Shown here one piece after another: positions 1 to 11,425 of a stretch of 64,000 bases of DNA. The DNA is from an uncultured Candidatus Saccharibacteria bacterium (GTDB taxonomy: Bacteria > Patescibacteriota > Minisyncoccia > UBA6257 > 1-14-0-10-44-23), in NCBI GenBank assembly GCA_964394435.1, contig CAYMXN010000002.1:14196-78195 (forward strand). The letters run 5' to 3'. The notes beneath the pieces were generated by a model. That model did no database searches. It had not been told where the DNA came from and was given only the letters and a program-made list of their open reading frames with translations. The position numbers and the translations under genes are program-made. Numbering within the stretch: the stretch's first letter is position 1; each line of letters starts with the position of its first letter.

Positions 1-11
1 CGAACTACCCG

Positions 12-215
12 CTAACGCCCACCGCGGTGGCGGGCGTCTTCGAAGAGAGTTCCTCCCCCCAGACGCAAGTGCCACATCCCGCAACCTACCTTCAGGCAGA
101 GCTGGCACAGGGGCATGAACACCTCCTCGATCGTAGTCAGGGCGACCCCGCCCTCGGTTTCGGTCGTGAGGACCGTGCCATGACCACAGATTGGCCAAGA
201 CAGTCTGAACTTCTT
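12..215 (-). pseudogene. Start-less open frame, probable decayed paralog of the 825..1085 orphan
   Basis: Minus frame reads KKFRLSWPICGHGTVLTTETEGG...HRGGR*, preceded in frame by TAG; motif spacing matches KKVSIKIPECGHGHIVT in the 825..1085 protein. Confidence 0.4.
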
Positions 216-303
216 CTATAACAAAAACTGCCCTACCAGCCTCAAGTACAGGCCTTGGACGGCTTTTTGGTTGGGGCGCTCCCTGCCCTCCTCTCCTTAT
301 CTC

Positions 304-795
304 TTAGTTACTCTCACGAAACGATTCTAAAACCTCCCGAACCGTGTCCGGCGTATTGAAATTAATCCACACCCGTTGCGCCTCGTCGAAGAACGTCTGA
401 CACTCGGCTACCCACTCCGCCCGACTCGCATCAGTTGCCTGCGCACTGCGAGTCCTACCGAGGATTATCATATCGTTACTACCAAGACGCTGCCTGACTC
501 CCATCAACCACCCGAACTGCGTGTTCGCGACAAAACTCGACTTTGCAGCCGATGCAGGCAAAAGATTATAAGCCTCAACCAGCTTGTCCCCTATTTTTCT
601 CATTTGCTGACCGAACTCAGTAGCATTTCTGACGGCCGCTTCAGGGTCCACCTTGCCGCCATTACGCCGCACAACCAACTCCGCCGAAGCCGCACACTCC
701 TCTAAAATCCGCTGAAATTGACCTAACTTCTCAAGAGCTTCCGGTGAGCCACCTCCCGCCCCCGCTGCGAAACTTTTTTCACCAGGCATCGCCAT
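304..795 (-). CDS. Hypothetical protein
   Basis: 163-aa ORF with helical composition, no recognised motif. Confidence 0.6.
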   Translation of the reverse strand: MAMPGEKSFAAGAGGGSPEALEKLGQFQRILEECAASAELVVRRNGGKVDPEAAVRNATEFGQQMRKIGDKLVEAYNLLPASAAKSSFVANTQFGWLMGVRQRLGSNDMIILGRTRSAQATDASRAEWVAECQTFFDEAQRVWINFNTPDTVREVLESFRESN

Positions 796-824
796 ATATG
801 TAGTGAATGTTTAATAGTAATATA

Positions 825-1085
825 TTAAATCAAGCCTATCACGAACAAATCCTGTTCGCAAACCCTTATTAAAAACTCCTTTGGTGGACCCCCTCTTATG
901 AGAAAACCCGCCGAAAAGTCGCGGAAGGTCTGGCCGAGGACGCAGAGCACCCGCCGTTTGAACTCTGCCCTGCTCGCGACCACCCCTGGAGTCACAAGAA
1001 CCTTCCCCCACTGGGAACCGTCCACGTGAGTCACGATGTGTCCGTGACCACACTCCGGAATCTTGATGCTGACCTTCTTGGGCAT
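825..1085 (-). CDS. Small orphan protein with PxCGHG motif
   Basis: ATG at 1085 preceded by GGAGG (1091-1095) and TTGACT-17-TATTGC upstream; start revised from ORF track 1139. Confidence 0.55.
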   Translation of the reverse strand: MPKKVSIKIPECGHGHIVTHVDGSQWGKVLVTPGVVASRAEFKRRVLCVLGQTFRDFSAGFLIRGGPPKEFLIRVCEQDLFVIGLI

Positions 1086-1260
1086 GACACCCTCCGCGAG
1101 CACGCAGACTATCTGCGCACCAACCCAAGCGCAATACATATTTTAAAAATAAAAGTCAATGTCAAATCTTTTGAAGTTATTTTTCCTATAGAAAATGAAA
1201 AGGCGCCAGATCTCCCAAAGGAAACCTGGCGCGATCGTAAAGCCAACTCGCTCTTCCCGA

Positions 1261-1581
1261 CTAATCTGGGTACGTCACCACTCGAAAACGAACTTCGTAC
1301 ACCTGCTCGCCGTGCGTGAACCGCTCGACTCGCTCGGTTGCTGGCGACGCAGATTCGTACGCCTGAGCCTTTTCCTTCTCAGGAAGGAGCGAACCGAGTC
1401 CAACCGGCTCACTAAGATGAGCCCTCATTGTGCGAAACAAGTTCTGCACCGCCTCGTCTTGGCTTGGGCCGAACTCATGCACCCAGGGATACAAGCAGTG
1501 TGCCACATAACAATTGTCAGAATACGGATCTTCTTCCAGCAACCCCAAGAGTTGCACGACCGCAGCTTGGACGCTCGACAT
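1261..1581 (-). CDS. Hypothetical protein with HicB-like N-terminal segment
   Basis: YVAHCLYPWVHEFGPSQDEAVQNL resembles the HicB partial RNase H fold; AAGGAG SD. Confidence 0.5.
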   Translation of the reverse strand: MSSVQAAVVQLLGLLEEDPYSDNCYVAHCLYPWVHEFGPSQDEAVQNLFRTMRAHLSEPVGLGSLLPEKEKAQAYESASPATERVERFTHGEQVYEVRFRVVTYPD

Positions 1582-1670
1582 GAGAGAACTCCTTAAGAAC
1601 TATCTTTAGGATACTCATCCGCAAACAAAAGTAAAACGGCCGGCTCTCGAAAGAGTCGACCGTACCAATA

Positions 1671-2018
1671 CTACTTCGCAAGCAGTGGCTCGAGCCACTG
1701 CCAAAATGGGCCGCGCATCTGAAACCCAAGCAACTTGCCGACTATACTGCCATCCTTCCAGACGAGGAAAAGCGGAACAGCCTTGGCTCCATAGCGACCA
1801 ATCAACTCGCCGTTCTTCTCCTCATCTACGTCTACCCGGACGAGCTTGAACCTATTCGGGTGAAGCTCGACGAGCTCGTCGATGACCTGCGTAGCGCGAT
1901 TGCATGGACCACACCAATCCGCGAAGAACTGCACCAGTACGGGGCCGGTCGCTTTGAGCACCTCGCGCTCAAAGCTGGCATCGCCCTTTACTGCGACAAA
2001 CGGAGCTTTTGCAGCCAC
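1671..2018 (-). CDS. Thioredoxin
   Basis: FFADWCGPC active site; GTG start at 2018 after AAAGGAGG (ORF track start 2102 probably too long). Confidence 0.88.
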   Translation of the reverse strand: MAAKAPFVAVKGDASFEREVLKATGPVLVQFFADWCGPCNRATQVIDELVELHPNRFKLVRVDVDEEKNGELIGRYGAKAVPLFLVWKDGSIVGKLLGFQMRGPFWQWLEPLLAK

Positions 2019-2100
2019 AGGACCTCCTTTTTGCAGCCAGAGAACAATTGCAAGATGACCTACGCGCCACGATAGATTAGTTGAGCCAGCCCTAAAATGC

Positions 2101-2124
2101 AAATCCCGCCAGCTGGCGGGATTT
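2101..2124 (-). terminator. Intrinsic terminator after rplK
   Basis: aaatcccgccagctggcgggattt inverted repeat with flanking A/T. Confidence 0.65.
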
Positions 2125-2174
2125 GTTTAGTACTATTTCTTAACTCTTCGCTGGACACTCAGAGTCTTCGAAGA

Positions 2175-2600
2175 TTACTTCTCGACCTCGATACCCATGT
2201 TGCGGGCGGTACCTTCGATGATGCGCATCGCTGCTTCATCGCTGTTGGCGTTGAGATCTGCCTTTTTCTGTTCGGCGATTTTCTTAACGTCAGCCTTGGT
2301 TACCTTTCCGACTTTCGTCGTGAGCGGGTTTCCACTTCCCTTTTCGATACCGGCTGCTTTCTTTAACAGCGCAGAAGCTGGAGGAGTCTTGAGGATGAAA
2401 TCAAACGTGCGGTCTTCGTAGATAGTGATAACGGCTGGGATTGTGTCACCGGCCATCGTCTTAGTTGCCTCGTTAAATTTCTTACAAAAATCCATCAGGT
2501 TGATACCATGAGGACCGAGAGCGGTTCCGATTGGAGGCGCTGGGTTAGCAGCTGCTCCCTGAATCTGGAGCTTGACGACTGATTTTACTGGTTTAGCCAT
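2175..2600 (-). CDS. rplK: 50S ribosomal protein L11
   Basis: [34 protein letters not shown]. Confidence 0.98.
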   Translation of the reverse strand: MAKPVKSVVKLQIQGAAANPAPPIGTALGPHGINLMDFCKKFNEATKTMAGDTIPAVITIYEDRTFDFILKTPPASALLKKAAGIEKGSGNPLTTKVGKVTKADVKKIAEQKKADLNANSDEAAMRIIEGTARNMGIEVEK

Positions 2601-2609
2601 ATAATTTGT

Positions 2610-3191
2610 TTATAGTTTTTGCACTTGGAGACTGTCGAGTTCGAGTACGGTATCACGGCCGAAGATTGGAATAACCACTTTGATTACTGCACTCTTCTCG
2701 TCTACCTGACTGACTTTCGCCTCCTGGTCCTTAAATGGACCGTCGGTAATTTTTACCATGTCGCCTACAGCTAAGTCAACCGTAAAGCGCTTTTCGCCAC
2801 CACCCATCTTCGCCATCAAGCTATCAACTTCAGCCTGCGAGAGTGGGAGTGGAGTGGTCGTGTCAGAGCCGACAAATCCGGTAACGCGTGGCGTGTTTCG
2901 CACTACGTACCAGCTGTCATCGGTGAGAATCATATCAACGAGCACATAACCTGGAAACGTCTTTTCTTCGATCTCCTGGCGCTTGCCGTTTTTGATCTTA
3001 ATCTTCTTTTCCTTAGGAACGACAACACTGAAAATCTTATCGCCCATTTGGAGGCTGTCGACACGCTGGTTCAAATAGCGCGCAACTGCGTCTTCATATC
3101 CAGAGTACGTGTGTACCGCGTACCAGTGGCGGCCAGTGCTTCCCTGCTGCTTACCTCCGGTCGGAGCCTTTTTGTCCTTTTTTTCGTCCAT
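2610..3191 (-). CDS. nusG: Transcription termination/antitermination factor NusG
   Basis: WYAVHTYSGYE, FPGYVLV, VRNTPRVTGFVG, KOW motif GDMVKITDGPF. Confidence 0.97.
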   Translation of the reverse strand: MDEKKDKKAPTGGKQQGSTGRHWYAVHTYSGYEDAVARYLNQRVDSLQMGDKIFSVVVPKEKKIKIKNGKRQEIEEKTFPGYVLVDMILTDDSWYVVRNTPRVTGFVGSDTTTPLPLSQAEVDSLMAKMGGGEKRFTVDLAVGDMVKITDGPFKDQEAKVSQVDEKSAVIKVVIPIFGRDTVLELDSLQVQKL

Positions 3192-3205
3192 AGGAAATGT
3201 ATAAA

Positions 3206-3394
3206 TTAGACGACTAATATTTTGCCTAAGAGATAGCTAAATGCGTAATCAAATACACCCAGGTAAATAGCTACAATGAGCGCGATCGCGATGACGGTAA
3301 TCGTCAAACCACGGGTTTGCGCGAAGGTTGGCCACTGGATGGACTTAAACTCCTGCTTGGCACCAATAAAGTATTCTTTGACTCGTGAGAACAT
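3206..3394 (-). CDS. secE: Preprotein translocase SecE
   Basis: EFKSIQWP plus one TM helix, upstream of nusG. Confidence 0.93.
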   Translation of the reverse strand: MFSRVKEYFIGAKQEFKSIQWPTFAQTRGLTITVIAIALIVAIYLGVFDYAFSYLLGKILVV

Positions 3395-3434
3395 ATTGCT
3401 AGAGATTATACGATAAAGTTGGACAAAAAGTCAA

Positions 3435-5492
<2,058 letters not shown>

Positions 5493-5597
5493 TCAACTCA
5501 ATACGTCTAGTTTAGCAGATTTTGGGCTTAGAAACAAGGCGAAAATACTTGATTTTTATCGACGAAATCAGTCTAAATGTAAGCCTTTTCTTGCTAT

Positions 5598-6998
5598 TTA
5601 ATTATTACTATTTTGTGGGTTGGGCGTTGTCTGGGCACTACACGATGCGGGTGCACTACACGCGTAGCTCTGCCCTTTAGTGATCTCAACCCAGCTCAAC
5701 TCGCCCACTTTTTGATTATTAGCGTCATAGAGTACAACCGAGTTGTTGGTATAGGCGAGCGAGTATGAGGCGGGAAATGTAATGTCGGCCGAAACTGAAC
5801 CGGAGTATGATCCGTCATGACCAATTAAGAAATGCTTTCCGGCCGGGATCACCTTTCCTTCAAGCCTGCTTGTCGCAACCAGCGAGGACTCGGTGCCGGA
5901 AGAGGTTTTCTTTTTCAGCGAGTATCCGGTAAGGGTTATGTCACTCGCAGTCGTATTATACAGTTCGATAAACTCATCGCTGGCGTTTACTTCTGTGCCC
6001 GCCATCACCTCACTTATAAAGAGCGAGCCCACGGTTGTACTTGGCTGCGTAGGTTGCTCGGGCGCTGCTGGCGTCGAGGTTGGTTCTGATTGTGTTGGTG
6101 CTGGAGTTGGAGTTGACTCAACTGGTGCGGATGACGATGGCGCTTCGGCTACGGCAGAAGCTGGAGCGGGTGGTGGCGAGTTTTCGGCCTTAGGAGTACC
6201 GAAGATAGTACCTGCAGCACCTCCAAGATATGTGTGCCACGCGTAATTAGGTGATCGTTCCATCGAACGCTTTGCTTCTGCATCTCCAGCGGGCCAGTCC
6301 GGACTGGCGACCACCTCATCAATTAGAAAGCAGTTTTTATCAAACAGTCGCAGCGCCTCGTTGCTATTTGAAAGCGCACCAACATACACTGCGTCAGCTT
6401 TGATCGTTGGAAGTGCCGCCTCATCGCGCTCGAGCATAAAAAATCCGCCAATACCCAAATGGGTCTGCGGAGGAATACGAACCTTAATCTGCTCTGTCTT
6501 ATCGATGAGTTGCCAGCCGGAAATATCTAACTGACTCCCGCTGATATTTTTCAACTCTACCCACTCGTGATTACTATTAGCCGAACTGCCCATCCAACCA
6601 ACTTCATTTATAATCATTCCGCGGTAGCTCGGAAACTGATTAGTCATAAATGAGCATACCTTCTCTTCAACTGGCGGCGGAGCTTCTTTTGCGACTACCA
6701 CCGGTGAGGTGGTCGCCTCCTCGCTTTTTGTCGATTGCACACCAAGCACTGCGGGCGTATTCGTGTGACTAACTGGCACGCTCGACTTTTTTGCCACTAC
6801 CAAACCCTGCTCGGGTGCCTGACCTACTGTCGAGCTCGCCTCGGGACTCATCTGGGTACTCACCTGCGCCAAGTATTGAAAATTGCTTTGCGGTGAAGCT
6901 ACATTTTTCACGCTTGAAATACCGAGAATCGCCATCACTCCAACCAGCGCCGCACCGGCGATCCAGCCAATGAGAACTTTGAGTGATACCCCATTCAT
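5598..6998 (-). CDS. Membrane-anchored protein with two lamin-tail domains
   Basis: N-terminal TM; two I(N/S)EV...E(W/F)xELxN repeats separated by a Pro/Thr-rich linker. Confidence 0.8.
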   Translation of the reverse strand: MNGVSLKVLIGWIAGAALVGVMAILGISSVKNVASPQSNFQYLAQVSTQMSPEASSTVGQAPEQGLVVAKKSSVPVSHTNTPAVLGVQSTKSEEATTSPVVVAKEAPPPVEEKVCSFMTNQFPSYRGMIINEVGWMGSSANSNHEWVELKNISGSQLDISGWQLIDKTEQIKVRIPPQTHLGIGGFFMLERDEAALPTIKADAVYVGALSNSNEALRLFDKNCFLIDEVVASPDWPAGDAEAKRSMERSPNYAWHTYLGGAAGTIFGTPKAENSPPPAPASAVAEAPSSSAPVESTPTPAPTQSEPTSTPAAPEQPTQPSTTVGSLFISEVMAGTEVNASDEFIELYNTTASDITLTGYSLKKKTSSGTESSLVATSRLEGKVIPAGKHFLIGHDGSYSGSVSADITFPASYSLAYTNNSVVLYDANNQKVGELSWVEITKGQSYACSAPASCSAQTTPNPQNSNN

Positions 6999-7004
6999 AA
7001 AAAA

Positions 7005-7130
7005 TTAACTGCCTTTTTGAATGATAATCGGTGGACGAGCGAACTCGCCCGAAACTAAAAATCCAATCCCAAAACTAATTGAGGCGATAAGAAGGAAGAG
7101 TAAAAAGATGAGAATGGTTTTGCGCTGCAT
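7005..7130 (-). CDS. Small membrane protein (41 aa), absent from ORF track
   Basis: MQRKTILIFLLFLLIASISFGIGFLVSGEFARPPIIIQKGS* fills the gap between two minus-strand genes with 2-6 bp spacers. Confidence 0.7.
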   Translation of the reverse strand: MQRKTILIFLLFLLIASISFGIGFLVSGEFARPPIIIQKGS

Positions 7131-7132
7131 AG

Positions 7133-7864
7133 CTAAAATGCGAGATACGTCTCCCACTTTTCATACAAGTCTCTGGTCGCAAATAAATCACGCGAGTTAT
7201 ATTTCGCGATATCTAAAAACTTTCCCTCTTTAAATAGCTTACCTACATCATCTCCGGTCACCCCGTCTTCCTTTGGGCTCTTAATGCCAAAAGCGCGCGT
7301 ATATAAGTGCAGCGTACCCTTGCGTCGCATCGAGCCGTAAAAACTCAACTGATCATATAGGTCGATATGCACCGCGTCAGCTGACTGTTGATAGAGGTAG
7401 CGGGCGCGCATTAAATCCTTCGTTGGACGAATCCCGTGAATCGCAGACCGGAGCATTAAGAATGGTGCGTCAAATTGGCGACCGTTAAACGTAATGAAGT
7501 GGTGATACTTCTGGCTAAGCTCCCAAAACTTTTTCAGCATCTCCGCCTCACTCATCTGCTTGAGCACGACGCCATTTTCGGTCTCTTCTTTGATTTTCTT
7601 TCCCGGAGCCTGGTAATATACCGCTCCTTGTTTTTTGTGATAGTCGAGCACTCCGATCGCAACTATCTCACCGGTAAGCGGCGAAAAGCCTAACCCTTGC
7701 TTAAGGTCTTCGAGTGCGATGCGATAGTCGTCTTCGTTGGTAGATTCTTTCTCTATCCAGCGCGTCAGATTGTCCTGCGTCGCCTCGTCTAACGAGTCAA
7801 AATCAGTGCCCACGGTCTCGATATCAAAAACGAGCTTTTGGGGAACCGAGTTGCTGTTTGACAT
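7133..7864 (-). CDS. DnaQ/PolB-like 3'-5' exonuclease (RNase H-like domain)
   Basis: ExoI VFDIET, ExoII TFNGRQFD, ExoIII YNSRD. Confidence 0.85.
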   Translation of the reverse strand: MSNSNSVPQKLVFDIETVGTDFDSLDEATQDNLTRWIEKESTNEDDYRIALEDLKQGLGFSPLTGEIVAIGVLDYHKKQGAVYYQAPGKKIKEETENGVVLKQMSEAEMLKKFWELSQKYHHFITFNGRQFDAPFLMLRSAIHGIRPTKDLMRARYLYQQSADAVHIDLYDQLSFYGSMRRKGTLHLYTRAFGIKSPKEDGVTGDDVGKLFKEGKFLDIAKYNSRDLFATRDLYEKWETYLAF

Positions 7865-7941
7865 ATGGCTTAATTATAGCGTATAATCCAATAATCATAA
7901 ATTGAGTAGCGGTATAGGCCGCAGCTCGCTTTACCAAGAAT

Positions 7942-8223
7942 ATGGCACATACAAAATCAGGTGGTTCCACAAAATTAGGACGAGATTCAGAAAGTAAGCG
8001 CCTTGGCGTCAAATTGAACCACGGCCAGTTAGCTCACGCCGGTCAGATTATCATCCGCCAGCGCGGTACCGCAGTTATCGCCGGAGTTAACGTTCGCCGC
8101 GGAGCTGATGACACCCTCTACGCTGCTAAGACTGGTACAGTCAACTTTAAACAGACCAAGAAGACTCGCTTTGATGGCACCCGCCGCTACGCGAAGATCG
8201 TCAGCGTTACTGTGGCTAAATAA
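7942..8223 (+). CDS. rpmA: 50S ribosomal protein L27
   Basis: [29 protein letters not shown]. Confidence 0.98.
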   Translation: MAHTKSGGSTKLGRDSESKRLGVKLNHGQLAHAGQIIIRQRGTAVIAGVNVRRGADDTLYAAKTGTVNFKQTKKTRFDGTRRYAKIVSVTVAK

Positions 8224-8230
8224 GAACTTC

Positions 8231-8264
8231 AAACTAAAAACCCGCTTGCGCGGGTTTTTAGTTT
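8231..8264. terminator. Bidirectional intrinsic terminator between rpmA and rplI
   Basis: aaactaaaaacccgc-ttgc-gcgggtttttagttt between convergent genes. Confidence 0.85.
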
Positions 8265-8685
8265 AGGCTTTAATCTCGATATTCATCTTGGCGTGAACGC
8301 CACGATGCAAGTCTATTTCTACTTGATGCTTGCCGAGTGATTTAATCGGATGATCGAGGAGCGGCTGAAAATTAGCATACCCTTTTTCCTTGAGTGCGAG
8401 CTCGATATCGTGCTTTGTGACCGAACCAAATACCTCACCTTTTACTCCCGCCTTAACTGTAAAGATAAAACTATCTTTACCGATTTTATCAGCGATGTTT
8501 TGAAGTTGCTTAAGCTCGGCGGCTAACTGCTCATCATTTTTTTCTTTTTCGGCGAGGTTTTTCACATTAGCTAATACGGCGAGCTTTTTAGGAAACAAAA
8601 AGTTGCGCGCGTAGCCGTCTGCTACCTCTTTAAGTTCGTTGCGTCGGCCGATCCCGCGCACATCTTGTAAAAGCACCACCTTCAT
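8263..8685 (-). CDS. rplI: 50S ribosomal protein L9
   Basis: MKVVLLQDV..G, VADGYARNFLFP, GEVFGSVT. Confidence 0.97.
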   Translation of the reverse strand: MKVVLLQDVRGIGRRNELKEVADGYARNFLFPKKLAVLANVKNLAEKEKNDEQLAAELKQLQNIADKIGKDSFIFTVKAGVKGEVFGSVTKHDIELALKEKGYANFQPLLDHPIKSLGKHQVEIDLHRGVHAKMNIEIKA

Positions 8686-8700
8686 TGGATTGAATAATAA

Positions 8701-10041
8701 TTAAGGTTTACTGCTGGTTGCTGGAACGATTTGTATCTGCTGCCCAGTCACTCCGCCAAACGATGGAATCGTAGTTGGTTCAACGACGCTCCCGTTTGGA
8801 TTTTTTACAATCTCCTCCTGCAATACCTGTAAAGCCTTTGCGAGCTGTGGATCGCGCTTAGCCTTGATGTCTTCATCGGTAAGAGCTACCTCGTAGTCTG
8901 GTTTGATGCCGTTTTTGTCTAAGATCAATCCTTTTGGCATTACCCAGTGTGCGACGGTGATCTTGATGGTCGAGCCATCCTTTAGTTCGTTAATCTCTTG
9001 CACCGTACCCTTTCCAAAACTACGCTCACCGATAATCTTGGCGCCGCGGAGATCGCGCAACGCACCGGCAAGAATTTCGGATGCAGAGGCTGAACCGCGG
9101 TTAATCAGCACGACTACTGGAATATTCTTAAGCGAGGCGTTTCCATCAGCGCGCAACACCTTATCAGACCCCTCTCTAAAGCGCTCACTTACTACAACCG
9201 TACCACGATCAACGAAATAGCCGGCGAGATTCGAGGCCACTTCGAGATATCCGCCTGGGTTGTTGCGCAAATCAATAACCACTCCCTTCACATGACTATT
9301 GAGCAAGCCGTACACTGCTTTAAAGAACTGCAACGGAGCGTTCTCATTGAAACTGTAGAGCTGAATTTGGGCGATTTGATTGTTGTTGTGCAAAGTAAGG
9401 TCGAGCGTCGGAATCGTAATCAGCGCGCGGGTAAGCGTAAAGTCTTTAGCTTGCAACCAGCCTTCGCGAAAGATATTTAGTACCACCTTCGTCCCTACCG
9501 GCCCACGAATCTTTTTAACTGCTTCTGAAACATCTAACCCTTGAGTTGGCTCATCATCAATCTTTACGATAACGTCGCCACTCTTAAGTCCAGCAGCTTG
9601 CGAAGGAGTTCCTTTGAGTGGAGAAGTGATAGCGAGTTGTTCATTGAGAATTCCGATTTCAGCACCGATACCACCAAAGTTTCCATTGATATCCTCTTCG
9701 AACTTCTGCGCATCAGCTGGCTCGAAAAAGTTTGTGTGCGGATCGCCAAACGCGTTTGTGATTCCGCGGATTGCTCCATACACCAACTTCTGATCGGTTA
9801 ATTTGCCCGCATCAACGTGAAAACGCTTCAGTCGCTGCCACGCCTCCCAGAAAACTGAAAAGTCGGCATCAGTTGTTCCACTCCCATCAGTATTAGCGAC
9901 ATTGATCTGTACTTGGCTTGTTCCTACCTGTTCACCACGCTGATATCCAAACGCAAAGCCACCGAGGATAAGTCCGGCGACTACGAGCGCCCCAATCGCG
10001 CCAAGGGCTATCTTTTTAATACGTTCCTTTGATGTAGCCAT
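8701..10041 (-). CDS. S41 carboxy-terminal processing protease (CtpA-like, PDZ)
   Basis: GGIGAEI, DLRNNPGG, SASASEI, SFGKGTVQ; start revised to ATG 10041. Confidence 0.93.
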   Translation of the reverse strand: MATSKERIKKIALGAIGALVVAGLILGGFAFGYQRGEQVGTSQVQINVANTDGSGTTDADFSVFWEAWQRLKRFHVDAGKLTDQKLVYGAIRGITNAFGDPHTNFFEPADAQKFEEDINGNFGGIGAEIGILNEQLAITSPLKGTPSQAAGLKSGDVIVKIDDEPTQGLDVSEAVKKIRGPVGTKVVLNIFREGWLQAKDFTLTRALITIPTLDLTLHNNNQIAQIQLYSFNENAPLQFFKAVYGLLNSHVKGVVIDLRNNPGGYLEVASNLAGYFVDRGTVVVSERFREGSDKVLRADGNASLKNIPVVVLINRGSASASEILAGALRDLRGAKIIGERSFGKGTVQEINELKDGSTIKITVAHWVMPKGLILDKNGIKPDYEVALTDEDIKAKRDPQLAKALQVLQEEIVKNPNGSVVEPTTIPSFGGVTGQQIQIVPATSSKP

Positions 10042-10079
10042 AGTGTCGATACTACTACAAAACCCTGGCCATGACAAAA

Positions 10080-10637
10080 CTAGAAGGTAAAAGCGGAAAG
10101 CGACTCATACGTACTCCCTCCTCGGCTAAGATGCGACTCCATAAGTTCGATTTTCTCCGGTGTAAATACAAGCTCGAATGGTTCGGTCTTAGGAGCTTGA
10201 GCCGATCGACGCAATCTCCGTGCGAGCGTGATGTGTGCTGTATATTTTTTATAATCCTGACGAAACTGCACCCCTCCAGCTAACAACCGCTCAACGAGCT
10301 CGTCGCGAACTTGCCCGAGGACATGTGAAGTCTCCTCGCTCCCCTTGAGCCAGATCATATCCGGGTCTGCCTCGCTCGGCATCGGGGTGATTTCTGTAAA
10401 TCGAAGCTCGTCTATTTCAGCAAGCATCTCAACAACCCCTTCGGTCGCAGAAAGAATGGCTGGCATCTTCTCATCATCCTGATCACCAAGAAACGCGAGC
10501 GTAATATGCCAACTTTCTGGCTCGGTTAAACGAAAATCCTCTTCTGAAACCTCAGCACCAATGATATCTGACTGATATCGCAAAGACCTGGCTGCGTTAG
10601 TCGTTAACGGAATAGAGATGAATAATCGGCGCTTCAT
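10080..10637 (-). CDS. thpR: RNA 2',3'-cyclic phosphodiesterase (2H family)
   Basis: RLFISI, two HxT motifs (WHITLAF, AHITLAR); start revised to ATG 10637. Confidence 0.9.
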   Translation of the reverse strand: MKRRLFISIPLTTNAARSLRYQSDIIGAEVSEEDFRLTEPESWHITLAFLGDQDDEKMPAILSATEGVVEMLAEIDELRFTEITPMPSEADPDMIWLKGSEETSHVLGQVRDELVERLLAGGVQFRQDYKKYTAHITLARRLRRSAQAPKTEPFELVFTPEKIELMESHLSRGGSTYESLSAFTF

Positions 10638-10653
10638 ATGGTAGTATTCTAGC

Positions 10654-10938
10654 ATGCCAGAGATGAAATCAGTCCGTCCAGACAACTACCTCGCAACTCT
10701 TAAGTCTCGTGGTGCCAAAAACCGCGTTTCACAATCATTTCAGTTAGTAGGCTTAGAGATAGCAACGATTCTTCGTGATATGCCCCATAAGGCGCTGTAC
10801 ATCAAATTCGCGAAAGAGTACAATCCTGGCCAACTCCTTGCGCTCGCTAAAGACGTAGCTGAACGCCGGGAGGTTAAGAATCGGGGGGCCTATTTTATGC
10901 GCGTCGTACACGAGTTAAAATCAGGTAATACGCAGTAG
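10654..10938 (+). CDS. Small basic hypothetical protein
   Basis: 94-aa ORF heading the def-fmt operon. Confidence 0.65.
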   Translation: MPEMKSVRPDNYLATLKSRGAKNRVSQSFQLVGLEIATILRDMPHKALYIKFAKEYNPGQLLALAKDVAERREVKNRGAYFMRVVHELKSGNTQ

Positions 10939-10942
10939 TACT

Positions 10943-11425
10943 ATGCACATCCTCAATAAAGACAATCCGACCGATAACGCTTTCCTGCGCACTAAGACGC
11001 GGGATTTCGACTTTGCAAAAATTGGCAAGCCAGAAATTCGCGAGCTGATTAAAACCATGCGAGAGATTATGCGCGACGCTCACGGTGTCGGCTTGGCCGC
11101 AAATCAAATTGGCATTGATGCGAATATGTTTGTCGCCCAGTGCGAGGGAAAATTCTACGCGATTTTTAATCCTAAAATAACTAAAACCTCAAAAGAGACC
11201 GCCCTTCTCGAAGAGGGTTGCTTAAGCGTCCCAGGATATCACGGCATAATGAAGCGCCATGAGCGCGTCACGCTCGATGGCCAAGATCAAAATGGCAAAA
11301 AAATAAAGATTAAGGCGTGGGGACTTTTAGCACAAATCTTTCAGCACGAAACTGATCATCTTGCGGGCAAGCTCTATATCGACAAGGCTCAAAACATTAT
11401 GAAGAATGCTGATGCTGAAGAATAA
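10943..11425 (+). CDS. def: Peptide deformylase
   Basis: GVGLAANQ, EGCLS, QHETDH. Confidence 0.97.
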   Translation: MHILNKDNPTDNAFLRTKTRDFDFAKIGKPEIRELIKTMREIMRDAHGVGLAANQIGIDANMFVAQCEGKFYAIFNPKITKTSKETALLEEGCLSVPGYHGIMKRHERVTLDGQDQNGKKIKIKAWGLLAQIFQHETDHLAGKLYIDKAQNIMKNADAEE

